Of a stretch of 63,451 bases of DNA, positions 28,243 through 37,168 are shown piece after piece. Location of the stretch: positions 1-63,451 of the forward strand of contig CAJKWD010000003.1 of assembly GCA_905203475.1 (NCBI GenBank). Reading direction: 5' to 3'. The DNA comes from an uncultured Acholeplasmataceae bacterium. GTDB lineage: Bacteria; Bacillota_I; Bacilli_A; RF39; UBA660. The notes under the pieces are model-generated. The model was not told the DNA's origin. It did not search any database and worked only from the letters and a program-made list of their open reading frames with translations. The number at the start of each line of letters is the position of its first letter. Position 1 is the stretch's first letter. Position numbers and translations under genes: made by a program.

Positions 28243-28836
28243 ATGGAACAAGAATCAAGATATGTGTATCATGGCAGTACACAGCAAGGCTTAAAAATAA
28301 TTAAAAAAAATATGAGTTCTCATGGCAAATCATGGGTATATGGTGCTTTATCGAAAGCAATTGCGACAATTTTTATTAGTGATAAAGGATGTGATCTCTA
28401 TTATTCTTTAAGTGGAGCTGGTACAAAAGAAAGTCCTGTGATATTAGTGGAAAGAAAAGAAGGTATGTTTGAAGAAATCTTTCATATGTCTGGTTCTTTA
28501 TATACATTGTCTGGTAAAAACTTTATATCAGAAAAAACAGGATGGTCAGCGGAAGTGGTGAGCGAATATGATGAAGAGGTCATCCGTGAAGAACGCATTG
28601 ATCATGTGTTTGAAAAGTTGAAAGAGTTCAATGATCAAGGAGAAATCAAACTGTATTTATTTCCTGATAGACCAGATTTTATTCCTAAAGATAACAGTGA
28701 CTTAATACCTAAAGTTATAAAATGGAAAAATAATGGTATCAATATAGATCAGTTTTTCCAGTTGTATCCAGAATTAAAAGAAACATATTTAAGAAGACTT
28801 GAGGAAGTAAACTCAAAAGAAAGTGTATTCAAATAG
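28243..28836 (+). CDS. Hypothetical protein
   Basis: ORF from the ATG at 28243. No recognised motif. Confidence 0.5.
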   Translation: MEQESRYVYHGSTQQGLKIIKKNMSSHGKSWVYGALSKAIATIFISDKGCDLYYSLSGAGTKESPVILVERKEGMFEEIFHMSGSLYTLSGKNFISEKTGWSAEVVSEYDEEVIREERIDHVFEKLKEFNDQGEIKLYLFPDRPDFIPKDNSDLIPKVIKWKNNGINIDQFFQLYPELKETYLRRLEEVNSKESVFK

Positions 28837-28867
28837 TTTTTTTGAGAAGGAATCATAAATAAGAATA

Positions 28868-29404
28868 TCAGATAGACTTGATATTCTTATTTTTATATTC
28901 ATCTTTTAATATTTGATCGATTATCTCAGGGCTTTCTTTGCAATCATTCTCTAACCATTTCTTGATAATCGCATTTAATCCTGACATAAAAAATTCAAAG
29001 TGATAGTCAATGTATTGATTGTTGTATATGAGCTTTGAAAGATTTGTATCATATTCTTTAATGATAAAACGGCTTTCTCCATTTAATTTAAAATAAGTTT
29101 TATAAAGATTTTGATTCTCCTTAATATGTTGAAATAGTTTTAAATAGTTATTGGTATTGTTTCTTGTTTCTCGTTCTTCTTGGTATAACATAGATACATC
29201 TTCTTCAATTTGTTCTGTAATTTTATTAGCTAAATCATAAATATCTAAATAATTCGCATAAAAAGTAGAACGATTGAGATTGGCTCGTTCACAAATTTCA
29301 GTGACAGAAATTTGATGAATTTCTTTAGACTGTATCAGTTGAATAAACACTTTTTGTATTTTTTTCTGTGATTCTTTTTTTCTTTTATTATTTGGCGTAT
29401 TCAT
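28868..29404 (-). CDS. TetR-family transcriptional regulator
   Basis: N-terminal HTH (ISVTEICERANLNRSTFYANY). Start taken at MNTPNN. Confidence 0.8.
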   Translation of the reverse strand: MNTPNNKRKKESQKKIQKVFIQLIQSKEIHQISVTEICERANLNRSTFYANYLDIYDLANKITEQIEEDVSMLYQEERETRNNTNNYLKLFQHIKENQNLYKTYFKLNGESRFIIKEYDTNLSKLIYNNQYIDYHFEFFMSGLNAIIKKWLENDCKESPEIIDQILKDEYKNKNIKSI

Positions 29405-29524
29405 TGTTCTCTCTCCTTTATTCCAACAAATGTCGTAAAATTGATGATTGTTTTTCTCGCTTGTTTTTATTATACTGAAATTGTAAAAAGCAAACAAGTG
29501 TTGTGTTAAAAGAAAGGAGAATAT

Positions 29525-29722
29525 ATGGCAAAATCAAAATTAGTAGAAGCAAATAAAAAAATTGAAAAAGCAGTTGTTGGAGGTTACAAGAAGTTAGAAG
29601 ATACGGTTGTTGGTAGTTATCAAAAAATAGAAGATAAGTTTGTTGATCAATTTCTAACCAAAGATGGAGAAACTGTAGAAGAAGCAAAAGCAAGATTAAA
29701 AGAAGAATCAAAAAATAAATAG
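29525..29722 (+). CDS. Small Lys/Glu-rich protein with an internal repeat
   Basis: Internal repeat VVGGYKKLEDTVVGSYQKIED. AGGAGA RBS. Divergent from the TetR gene. Confidence 0.5.
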   Translation: MAKSKLVEANKKIEKAVVGGYKKLEDTVVGSYQKIEDKFVDQFLTKDGETVEEAKARLKEESKNK

Positions 29723-29736
29723 TAGTGGAGGGAATT

Positions 29737-30132
29737 ATGAAGAAAGAAACGTTATTAGAAATTATTTTAGGAACAACAGGTGGGCTTGTATTTGCAATCG
29801 GAATGTGTATGTCCTTGATTCCAGAATGGAATTTGTTTCAAGTAGGTGTGGTTGTATCTGTTATTGGATTTTTCATTTTATTATGCATTATTCCAGTGTA
29901 TCGTTCTAATCATCCTAAAAAAGAACATACTCCAATTCAATGGGATATTGTACTTACTTGGGTGATTGGTGTAGTTGGAGCACTCATTATGGGATTTGGT
30001 ATGAGTAAAGTAATGGTTGAGACACCAAGTCAAACAGATTTATTACTTGGAATTGTGATTGGAATCGTGGGTTTACTCATCTGTGTTTTCGACTACCCAA
30101 TCTATTCTTATTTAAAAGATAACAAAAAATAG
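29737..30132 (+). CDS. Small 4-TM membrane protein
   Basis: Hydrophobic helices. GGAGGG RBS. Confidence 0.55.
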   Translation: MKKETLLEIILGTTGGLVFAIGMCMSLIPEWNLFQVGVVVSVIGFFILLCIIPVYRSNHPKKEHTPIQWDIVLTWVIGVVGALIMGFGMSKVMVETPSQTDLLLGIVIGIVGLLICVFDYPIYSYLKDNKK

Positions 30133-30181
30133 GAGATGGTATCTCCTTTTTCGTGTATTGCTTGTTTAGGTAGGTGTAATT

Positions 30182-31051
30182 ATGAAAAAAATGGTTTATC
30201 GTATTTTATTTCCAAACAAAGTGTTATCTGCTTTCTTTTTTTGTCTTGGTTTTGGTCTTTTAATTTATGTGTTTTGGTTTCATCTTAAAGAAACACCCTT
30301 ATCTTATATTAGTTATACTTTATCGACTTATTCTCTCATTTTATTTTGTATTTGGTTTTATAAAGCTTGTAAATATAGTATTCATTACGTAAAAAAGAAG
30401 AATAAATTATATCATTTATACCAAAACCATTCTAAACAGATTACAACCGTGATGTTATATGTTTCGGGAATTATGAATTTGATCTATGGCTTATTTAAAT
30501 TAATTACTGGCATTTTTTATCACTCTTTTTGGTTTATTACATTTGCGATATATTACTTAATGCTTTGTTTTATGAAGATATCATTGGTACGTAGTGTTAA
30601 GAATGATTCTTTTAGAAAACAGTTAAAAGAAGAATATCAAAAATTAAAAACAACTGGTGTAGTTATTTTACTATTGAATATTGTACTAGATGGTATGATT
30701 ATATTAATGATTCATGAAAATGAAACGGTACAATATCCAGGCTATTTAATTTATATTATGGCTTTATATGATTTTTACTTAATGATCCATGCAATTGTGC
30801 ATATGATCAAATATCGCAAAAATCATAGTCCTGTTATGATAGCGAATAAATGTATTAATTTTACTGTTGCAATGATATCGATGATTTCTTTAGAAGTTGC
30901 AATGATATATGAGTTTGGAAGGAATGATAGTGAATTTAAATTATTGATGATATCATGGAGTGGATTTGCCGTAATTTTTATTAATGTTGTAATGTCGATT
31001 TGGATGATTGTAAAAGCAAATAGATGGCTAAAAAATATTCAAAAAAGTTAG
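30182..31051 (+). CDS. Polytopic membrane protein
   Basis: About 7 hydrophobic helices. No recognised motif. Confidence 0.55.
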   Translation: MKKMVYRILFPNKVLSAFFFCLGFGLLIYVFWFHLKETPLSYISYTLSTYSLILFCIWFYKACKYSIHYVKKKNKLYHLYQNHSKQITTVMLYVSGIMNLIYGLFKLITGIFYHSFWFITFAIYYLMLCFMKISLVRSVKNDSFRKQLKEEYQKLKTTGVVILLLNIVLDGMIILMIHENETVQYPGYLIYIMALYDFYLMIHAIVHMIKYRKNHSPVMIANKCINFTVAMISMISLEVAMIYEFGRNDSEFKLLMISWSGFAVIFINVVMSIWMIVKANRWLKNIQKS

Positions 31052-31131
31052 AGAATACTCTAATCTTTTATTTGAGACAAAAGTGAGATATAATAAAGGT
31101 GTATCAAAGTAATTATTAAAGGAGGAATCAT

Positions 31132-31431
31132 ATGAATTTAACAATTAATATTTATTATACAGGGGTTAATGGAAGTGCTAAGAAATTTGCTTCCGAAATG
31201 GTATCAAGTGGTTTAGTTGAAAGAATTAGAAATGAAGAAGGAAATTTAAAATATGAATATTTCTTTCCTATGGATGACCCAGAAACAGTATTGTTAATTG
31301 ATCGATGGGAAAATCAAGAAGCTTTGGATCAACATCATAAAACAGAAATGATGGAAGAAATTGCAGAGTTGAGAAAAAAATATAACTTACATATGCGTGT
31401 AGAACAATTTGTAGGAAGAGAAAAAAACTAG
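31132..31431 (+). CDS. ABM-domain (antibiotic biosynthesis monooxygenase-like) protein
   Basis: ~100-aa ferredoxin-like pattern: L.YE.F......V.L.E.W.....L..H. Confidence 0.6.
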   Translation: MNLTINIYYTGVNGSAKKFASEMVSSGLVERIRNEEGNLKYEYFFPMDDPETVLLIDRWENQEALDQHHKTEMMEEIAELRKKYNLHMRVEQFVGREKN

Positions 31432-31489
31432 AGCCTCTAGTTTTTTTGTATTTAATTATTGTATAATAAAAGAAAAGGAGCATTGGAAT

Positions 31490-32437
31490 ATGAAGATTGT
31501 ATTATTAGAAAGTTTAGGTGTTTCTGATTCTTTTTTAGAACAGCAAAGAAAGAAATTAGAAACATTGGGTCACCAGTTTTTATCTTATGAGAAGACGAAT
31601 GATTTAGACGTATTAAAAGAAAGATGTCATGATGCTGATGTTTTTATGCTTGCAAATATGCCACTTTCTAAAGAAGTAATTGATCAAGCAGATCAATTAA
31701 AGATGGTAGATGTCGCATTTACAGGCGTAGATCATCTTCCTCTTACTACACTTCATGAAAGAGGTATTGTGGTGTGTAATACTTCGGGATATGCGACAAA
31801 GGCAGTTGCAGAATTGACATTAAGTTTTATGATTCAATTACTGAGAAATACCAAAGAAGTAGAAGTTTGTCTTAGAAATGGAGAAACAAAAGATGGTTTG
31901 ATTGGCCATTTATTATATGGAAAGACGGTCGGTATTGTCGGAGCTGGAACGATTGGAAAACAAGTTGCTTTCCTTTGTAAATGTTTTGGTTGTCATGTAA
32001 TTTGTACGAATCCTAGCGTTGTACAATGTGAATCTATTGATGAACAAGTAGATTTTAATACATTATTAGAGCGTTCTGATATTGTGACATTACATTGTCC
32101 TTTGACGGAAAAGACGAGACATATGATGAACCGAGATGCTTTTATGAAAATGAAAAAGAGCGCAGTATTTATCAATACAGCCCGTGGTGGAATTGTCGAT
32201 GAAATAGCCTTAAAAGAAGCATTAGATCATCGTTTTATTGCTGGTGCAGCAAGTGATGTGTTTTCGCAAGAACCACCACTATCTAAAGATAATCCACTGT
32301 TTGCATGTCCACATTTTATTGTGACACCTCATATTGGGTATGCGACAGATGAATCCTTGGAAGAAAGAGCCCAAATGACTTTTGAAAATTTATATGCATG
32401 GTTAGATGGAAAACCAATTCGTATGATTCAAAAATAG
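31490..32437 (+). CDS. D-isomer-specific 2-hydroxyacid dehydrogenase family protein
   Basis: NAD-binding GIVGAGTIG, catalytic R...E...H region (TPHIG). Confidence 0.85.
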   Translation: MKIVLLESLGVSDSFLEQQRKKLETLGHQFLSYEKTNDLDVLKERCHDADVFMLANMPLSKEVIDQADQLKMVDVAFTGVDHLPLTTLHERGIVVCNTSGYATKAVAELTLSFMIQLLRNTKEVEVCLRNGETKDGLIGHLLYGKTVGIVGAGTIGKQVAFLCKCFGCHVICTNPSVVQCESIDEQVDFNTLLERSDIVTLHCPLTEKTRHMMNRDAFMKMKKSAVFINTARGGIVDEIALKEALDHRFIAGAASDVFSQEPPLSKDNPLFACPHFIVTPHIGYATDESLEERAQMTFENLYAWLDGKPIRMIQK

Positions 32438-32454
32438 AAAGGAGAGATTGCGTT

Positions 32455-33792
32455 ATGGAACAGACATCTTTATTTGAACAACCTATGAATGAACCACTCG
32501 CATCTCGTATGCGTCCTAGAGATTTAAGTGAATTTGTAGGTCAAACACATCTTCTAGGAGAGAATAAAATTCTCCGTAAAATGATAGAAAGCGATCATGT
32601 TCCATCGATGATCTTCTGGGGCCCTCCGGGAGTTGGAAAAACGACATTAGCCCGTATTATTGCTCATGTTACTCAATCACAATTTATTAATTTTTCGGCT
32701 GTGACTTCTGGAATTAAAGAAATTAAAAAAGTCATGGAAGATGCAGAAAAAAATAAAAAATTAGGAGTGACGACGATTGTCTTTGTCGATGAAATCCACC
32801 GTTTTAATAAAGCTCAACAAGATGCCTTTTTACCATTTGTCGAGAAAGGTTCTATTATATTAATTGGGGCAACGACCGAAAATCCATCTTTTGAAGTCAA
32901 TAACGCTTTACTTTCTAGATGTCGTGTTTTTGTCTTAAAAGAATTATCAAGTGATGATATTTTAGAACTATTAAAAAGAGCATTACATGATGAAAGAGGA
33001 TTTGGCAATCTTAAAATTGATATTTCAGAAGATGATTTAAAAATGATTGCGAATTTTGCCAATGGAGATGCGAGAAGTGCTTTGACAAGCTTAGATATGT
33101 TAGTTATTAATGGGGATGTGGATCAAAATGGAATCATTCATATTTCTGAAGATACAATAGAAGAGTGTTTTACAAAAAAGACATTAATGTATGATAAAAA
33201 TGGTGAAGAGCATTATAACATTATCTCTGCACTCCATAAGTCGATGCGTAATAGTGATCCCGATGCAGCTGTTTATTGGTTAGCCCGTATGTTAGAAGGG
33301 GGAGAAGATCCAATTTATATTGCCAGAAGAATTACTAGATTTGCTTCTGAAGATATTGGTCTTGCAGATACGAATGCTTTAAATGTCGCAATCAATGTCT
33401 ATCATGCTTGTCATTTTATTGGAATGCCAGAGTGTAATGTCCATCTTGCAGAGGCAGTGATCTACATGTCTTTAGCACCTAAGTCTAATGCTTGTGATGT
33501 CGCTTACATGCTTGCTAGTAAAGATGCGAGAGAGACAATTGCTGAACCTGTTCCCCTTGTTATTAGAAATGCTCCAACCAAACTGATGAGAGAATTGGAC
33601 TATGGAAAAGGATATCAGTTTGCTCATGACTATGACAATAAATTAACGACAATGGAGTGCCTTCCACCATCTTTAGTTGGTAGAACATATTATCAACCAG
33701 GTAAATATGGTAGTGAAATCAAATTAAAAGAGCGTTTAGAAAAATTAAAAAAATGGAAACAAGTACATAGAGAAATGGAAAAGAAAAACTAG
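32455..33792 (+). CDS. rarA: Replication-associated recombination protein A (RarA/MgsA)
   Basis: PLA.RMRP..L.EFVGQ.HL, Walker A GPPGVGKTT, DEIHRFNK.QQD, C-terminal MgsA domain. Confidence 0.92.
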   Translation: MEQTSLFEQPMNEPLASRMRPRDLSEFVGQTHLLGENKILRKMIESDHVPSMIFWGPPGVGKTTLARIIAHVTQSQFINFSAVTSGIKEIKKVMEDAEKNKKLGVTTIVFVDEIHRFNKAQQDAFLPFVEKGSIILIGATTENPSFEVNNALLSRCRVFVLKELSSDDILELLKRALHDERGFGNLKIDISEDDLKMIANFANGDARSALTSLDMLVINGDVDQNGIIHISEDTIEECFTKKTLMYDKNGEEHYNIISALHKSMRNSDPDAAVYWLARMLEGGEDPIYIARRITRFASEDIGLADTNALNVAINVYHACHFIGMPECNVHLAEAVIYMSLAPKSNACDVAYMLASKDARETIAEPVPLVIRNAPTKLMRELDYGKGYQFAHDYDNKLTTMECLPPSLVGRTYYQPGKYGSEIKLKERLEKLKKWKQVHREMEKKN

Positions 33793-33793
33793 T

Positions 33794-34285
33794 ATGAAAA
33801 TAAAATACATTATTATATTTATATTATTAGCGCTTGTCTTCATAATGAGTTTTATAATTCTTTCTAATAAGCATCATAAAAGTACAACAAAAGATATAAA
33901 TAAAATCAAGCAGAAACAAGAAGAAGGTGATAATATCAGATTAAATATGACGGTAAATCATACAGCTTATACAGTTGTGTTAGAAGATAATGAGACAGCA
34001 AGAGAACTTGTTCGTATGCTTCCTCTGACATTAGAGATGAATGAATTAAATGGTAATGAGAAATACTATTATTTTGATACTTCATTTTCTACGAATGAAG
34101 AAAACATTGGGATGATTCAAAATGGAGATTTGATGATTTATGGAAATAATTGTCTCGTATTATTTTATGATTCCTTTTCTACTACTTATCGATATACGAG
34201 AGTAGGATATGTAGAAAATGCTGAAAATCTTGCTAGTATATTAGGAAATAGCGCTATAACGATTACATTGGAACAAAAGAAATAG
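33794..34285 (+). CDS. Membrane-anchored cyclophilin-like fold protein
   Basis: N-terminal TM helix, then the NETA.EL...LPLTL.M.EL.GNEKY pattern recalled for the cyclophilin-like family. Confidence 0.5.
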   Translation: MKIKYIIIFILLALVFIMSFIILSNKHHKSTTKDINKIKQKQEEGDNIRLNMTVNHTAYTVVLEDNETARELVRMLPLTLEMNELNGNEKYYYFDTSFSTNEENIGMIQNGDLMIYGNNCLVLFYDSFSTTYRYTRVGYVENAENLASILGNSAITITLEQKK

Positions 34286-34305
34286 AGAAATCTATTTCTT
34301 TTTTA

Positions 34306-34346
34306 TTGACAACTGTCATATACTGTTATATACTGTGTATAACAGT
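34306..34346 (+). promoter_or_regulatory. Promoter overlapped by an inverted-repeat operator (GntR/YtrA-type autoregulation)
   Basis: TTGACA (34306-34311), 17-nt spacer, TATACT (34329-34334). Inverted repeat ACTGTTATA-tactgtg-TATAACAGT (34322-34346). Confidence 0.6.
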
Positions 34347-34358
34347 TGAGGTGATATC

Positions 34359-34739
34359 ATGAAATTAGTGATTAGTAATAGTAGTTCTGTTCCTATTTAT
34401 GAGCAAATTAAAAATGCAATCATAGAACAGATTATGAGTGGTGAATTAGAAGAAAATGAAGCGCTTCCTTCTATTCGCAGTCTAGCTCAAGATATCAAAA
34501 TTAGTGTCATGACCATAAAAAAATCGTACGATGAACTTGAAAAAGAAGGTTATATTATTTCTAGACAAGGAAAGGGTACTTTTGTCGCACCAAAAAATAT
34601 GGAATTATTAAAGGAACAAAAGCAAAAAGAAATAGAAACCTATCTTTCTAAGATCATTGATATTAGTCACTGTTATCAAATTTCAAAAGATGAAATTATC
34701 GATCTTTTCGAATTCATGTATGGGAGTGAAGAAAAATGA
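34359..34739 (+). CDS. GntR-family (YtrA subfamily) transcriptional regulator
   Basis: PIYEQI...I...I..G.L.....LPS.R.LA....IS..T..K.Y..L. Short C-terminus typical of YtrA. Confidence 0.85.
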   Translation: MKLVISNSSSVPIYEQIKNAIIEQIMSGELEENEALPSIRSLAQDIKISVMTIKKSYDELEKEGYIISRQGKGTFVAPKNMELLKEQKQKEIETYLSKIIDISHCYQISKDEIIDLFEFMYGSEEK

Positions 34740-35566
34740 ACAATGTGATTCAAATTAATCAACTTGTAAAGAAGTATCAAAATTTTCAATTAGGACCATT
34801 AACGGTTTCTATTCCAAAGGGAATGATTATTGGTTTAATTGGAGAAAATGGTGCAGGTAAAACAACATTGATGAAGTCAATGCTAGGAATTATTCATCCT
34901 GATTCGGGAGATATTCAAATGAAAGAAGAACATGTTGGTGTTGTCCTAGATCAATCTTTTTTTCCTGAATTATTGACTGCCAATGATATTCATTTGATTA
35001 TGAAAGATATTTATTCGACTTGGGATCAAACATTATTTTTTGATTATTTAAAGCGATTTCAATTGCCAAAAAATAAAATGATAAAAGAAATGTCCAAAGG
35101 AATGAGAAAGAAACTAGAAATTGTTACCGCACTTTCTCATCATCCATCTTTATTGATATTAGATGAACCAACCAGTGGTTTAGATCCTGTTGTAAGAAAT
35201 GAAGTATTAGATTTATTTTTAGAGTTTATTCAAGATGAACAACATACGATCTTATTCTCAACACATATTACTAGTGATCTAGAACATATTTCTGACTATA
35301 TTATTTTTTTAGATCAAGGACAAATCGTATTACAAGAAGAAAGAAATATTCTACAAAATGATTATGGTATTTTAAAATGTGGTTTAAAAGAGTTTGAACA
35401 AGTAGATCCTAAAGATTATTTATATTATAAAAAGGGAAAGTATCAATGTGAAATGCTTATTAAAGAGAAAGATAAAATACTGAAAAAATATAAGAATATG
35501 GTGATTGATCCAATTACATTAGAAGAATTAATGATACTTACAATTAAGGGGGTAAAATCATGCTAG
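34736..35566 (+). CDS. ABC transporter ATP-binding protein
   Basis: Walker A GENGAGKTT, signature SKGMRKK, Walker B LILDEPTSGLD. 4-nt overlap with the GntR gene. Confidence 0.9.
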   Translation: MNNVIQINQLVKKYQNFQLGPLTVSIPKGMIIGLIGENGAGKTTLMKSMLGIIHPDSGDIQMKEEHVGVVLDQSFFPELLTANDIHLIMKDIYSTWDQTLFFDYLKRFQLPKNKMIKEMSKGMRKKLEIVTALSHHPSLLILDEPTSGLDPVVRNEVLDLFLEFIQDEQHTILFSTHITSDLEHISDYIIFLDQGQIVLQEERNILQNDYGILKCGLKEFEQVDPKDYLYYKKGKYQCEMLIKEKDKILKKYKNMVIDPITLEELMILTIKGVKSC

Positions 35567-36192
35567 GTCTAATCAAAAAAGATTTATTGATTATGAAAAA
35601 TAATTTAAAATATTTTTTATTGATGATTCTTGTGTTTGCATTTTTTGCGAAAGAAAGTAATATCATTTATTTTATTCCAATCTTTATTAGCATCATGATT
35701 TTTATCACAACATTTAGTTATGATGATTATAATAAATGGAATACTTATGCGATTACTTTACCACTGTCTAGAAAAAAGATTGTACTGGCAAAATATGTGA
35801 CTAGTCTATTACTTATGATAGGAACTGTATTGATTACATTTTTACTTTCATTTCTTGTTGGTACAGTCAATCATTCATTTCATTTTGATGAAGTATTTCC
35901 AATGATATTTGGAGGATTATTTGCTCTTGTTTTACTCCAATCATTTATGTATCCACTCATCTATAAATTCGGAACAGAAAAGGGTAGAATCGGTTTATTT
36001 GTAGGTGTATTTGCAGTCAGTGGACTTGTAGGTTACCTAATAAACCGTGTAAAAATTAATCCAACTGCACTCACTGGTTTTATTCAGTTCTTTAATCAAT
36101 ATGGAATCTTATTACTCTCTATTGTAATGGTGATTCTATTTGTAGGTTCTTATTTTGTTTCCAAGGGAATCTATTTGAAGAAAGAGTTTTAA
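35560..36192 (+). CDS. ABC-2 type permease
   Basis: Six hydrophobic helices. Overlaps the ATPase gene. Confidence 0.7.
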   Translation: MLGLIKKDLLIMKNNLKYFLLMILVFAFFAKESNIIYFIPIFISIMIFITTFSYDDYNKWNTYAITLPLSRKKIVLAKYVTSLLLMIGTVLITFLLSFLVGTVNHSFHFDEVFPMIFGGLFALVLLQSFMYPLIYKFGTEKGRIGLFVGVFAVSGLVGYLINRVKINPTALTGFIQFFNQYGILLLSIVMVILFVGSYFVSKGIYLKKEF

Positions 36193-36207
36193 ATTCTTTC
36201 TTTTTTT
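36167..36207 (+). repeat. 41-bp direct repeat, copy 1 (3' end of the permease gene plus downstream T-run)
   Basis: GAATCTATTTGAAGAAAGAGTTTTAAATTCTTTCTTTTTTT, identical to 37103-37143. Confidence 0.9.
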
Positions 36208-36282
36208 GTTAGAAAATCAAGAATTTTAAAGTATAAAAAAAGAGGAGGAGAAAATATATAAACTCTCAGTGTTGAATCTGAG

Positions 36283-36939
36283 TTATTTTTTTAGAATATT
36301 CTCTTTCACCCATAATATATCTTCTATGGATTTATTAATATTAAATCTCCCATTACCAATTGGATAAAATATGGAATAACATTTATATTCTTTTCCATTG
36401 ATTTTTTTTATAAATTCTTTTTTTCGACATTGTGAAACTGATATTTTTTCGTTAAGAAAAACTGTACTAACTTGGTTTCCAAATAAAATGATTACTTTAG
36501 GATTGATTATTTCTATCTCTTTTTCTAACCAACTTAGATATTGTTTATATACTGTATTTGGAATAGGCCTAGCATTAAGTTGTGTACATTTACCTAAATT
36601 CGTGATAAAGATTTTATTTTTTTTCACTTCGTTATATACTTTTTCAGCAAATTCTTCATCCCACTCACTTGATTTTTTGTTTTTAATTTCATTATATATA
36701 TCAATATCAAATAGATTCGTTGCAACAAATAAGTCCCAAATGTTTTTTGTTCCAATCCATGGAGCTCTAATACCATTCCAAGACGGATCAGAAGCAATAT
36801 TTTTTGATGTTGGGTTCATAAAAACGAAGCATATATCTGGATTTTTATCACATCCACCAAAGTTAATTGATTTCAATGATTGATCTCCATAAACTTGTTG
36901 CATCTTTTCATATTCTTTTTTTAATTCTTCTAAGCCCAT
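36283..36939 (-). CDS. Uracil-DNA glycosylase superfamily protein (family uncertain)
   Basis: Motif-A-like FVFMNPT, plus overall size and pattern (ITNL.KC..., LFG). Start MGLEEL chosen; an alternative start lies at 36972. Confidence 0.5.
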   Translation of the reverse strand: MGLEELKKEYEKMQQVYGDQSLKSINFGGCDKNPDICFVFMNPTSKNIASDPSWNGIRAPWIGTKNIWDLFVATNLFDIDIYNEIKNKKSSEWDEEFAEKVYNEVKKNKIFITNLGKCTQLNARPIPNTVYKQYLSWLEKEIEIINPKVIILFGNQVSTVFLNEKISVSQCRKKEFIKKINGKEYKCYSIFYPIGNGRFNINKSIEDILWVKENILKK

Positions 36940-37102
36940 ATACGCCTCCAAAAAACTTATTTCATACACCATTATAGCATATATCAGACTTTGTTTGGAA
37001 GCTAATATAAAAAAGTGAATGGAGTGATAAATCGCATAATACTGTTAGGGGTCTTTCTTGTAATTTGATATACTGAATATTAAAATTTCTTCCTTTTTCA
37101 GA

Positions 37103-37143
37103 GAATCTATTTGAAGAAAGAGTTTTAAATTCTTTCTTTTTTT
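37103..37143 (+). repeat. 41-bp direct repeat, copy 2
   Basis: Identical to 36167-36207. The ~20 nt upstream are a degenerate copy of the permease 3' coding sequence. Confidence 0.9.
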
Positions 37144-37168
37144 TGATATACTAATAGTAGGTGAGATC

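Noticed and set aside
29418-29711. 97-aa Leu-rich minus-strand ORF
   Set aside because: It is antisense to the 29525-29722 small gene and the divergent promoter region. Its poly-Leu translation derives from the complement of a Lys/Glu-rich coding strand.
36398-36883. 161-aa plus-strand ORF
   Set aside because: It is antisense to and nested within the UDG-superfamily gene. It has a Phe/Ile/Leu-rich low-complexity translation typical of the reverse frame of AT-rich genes.
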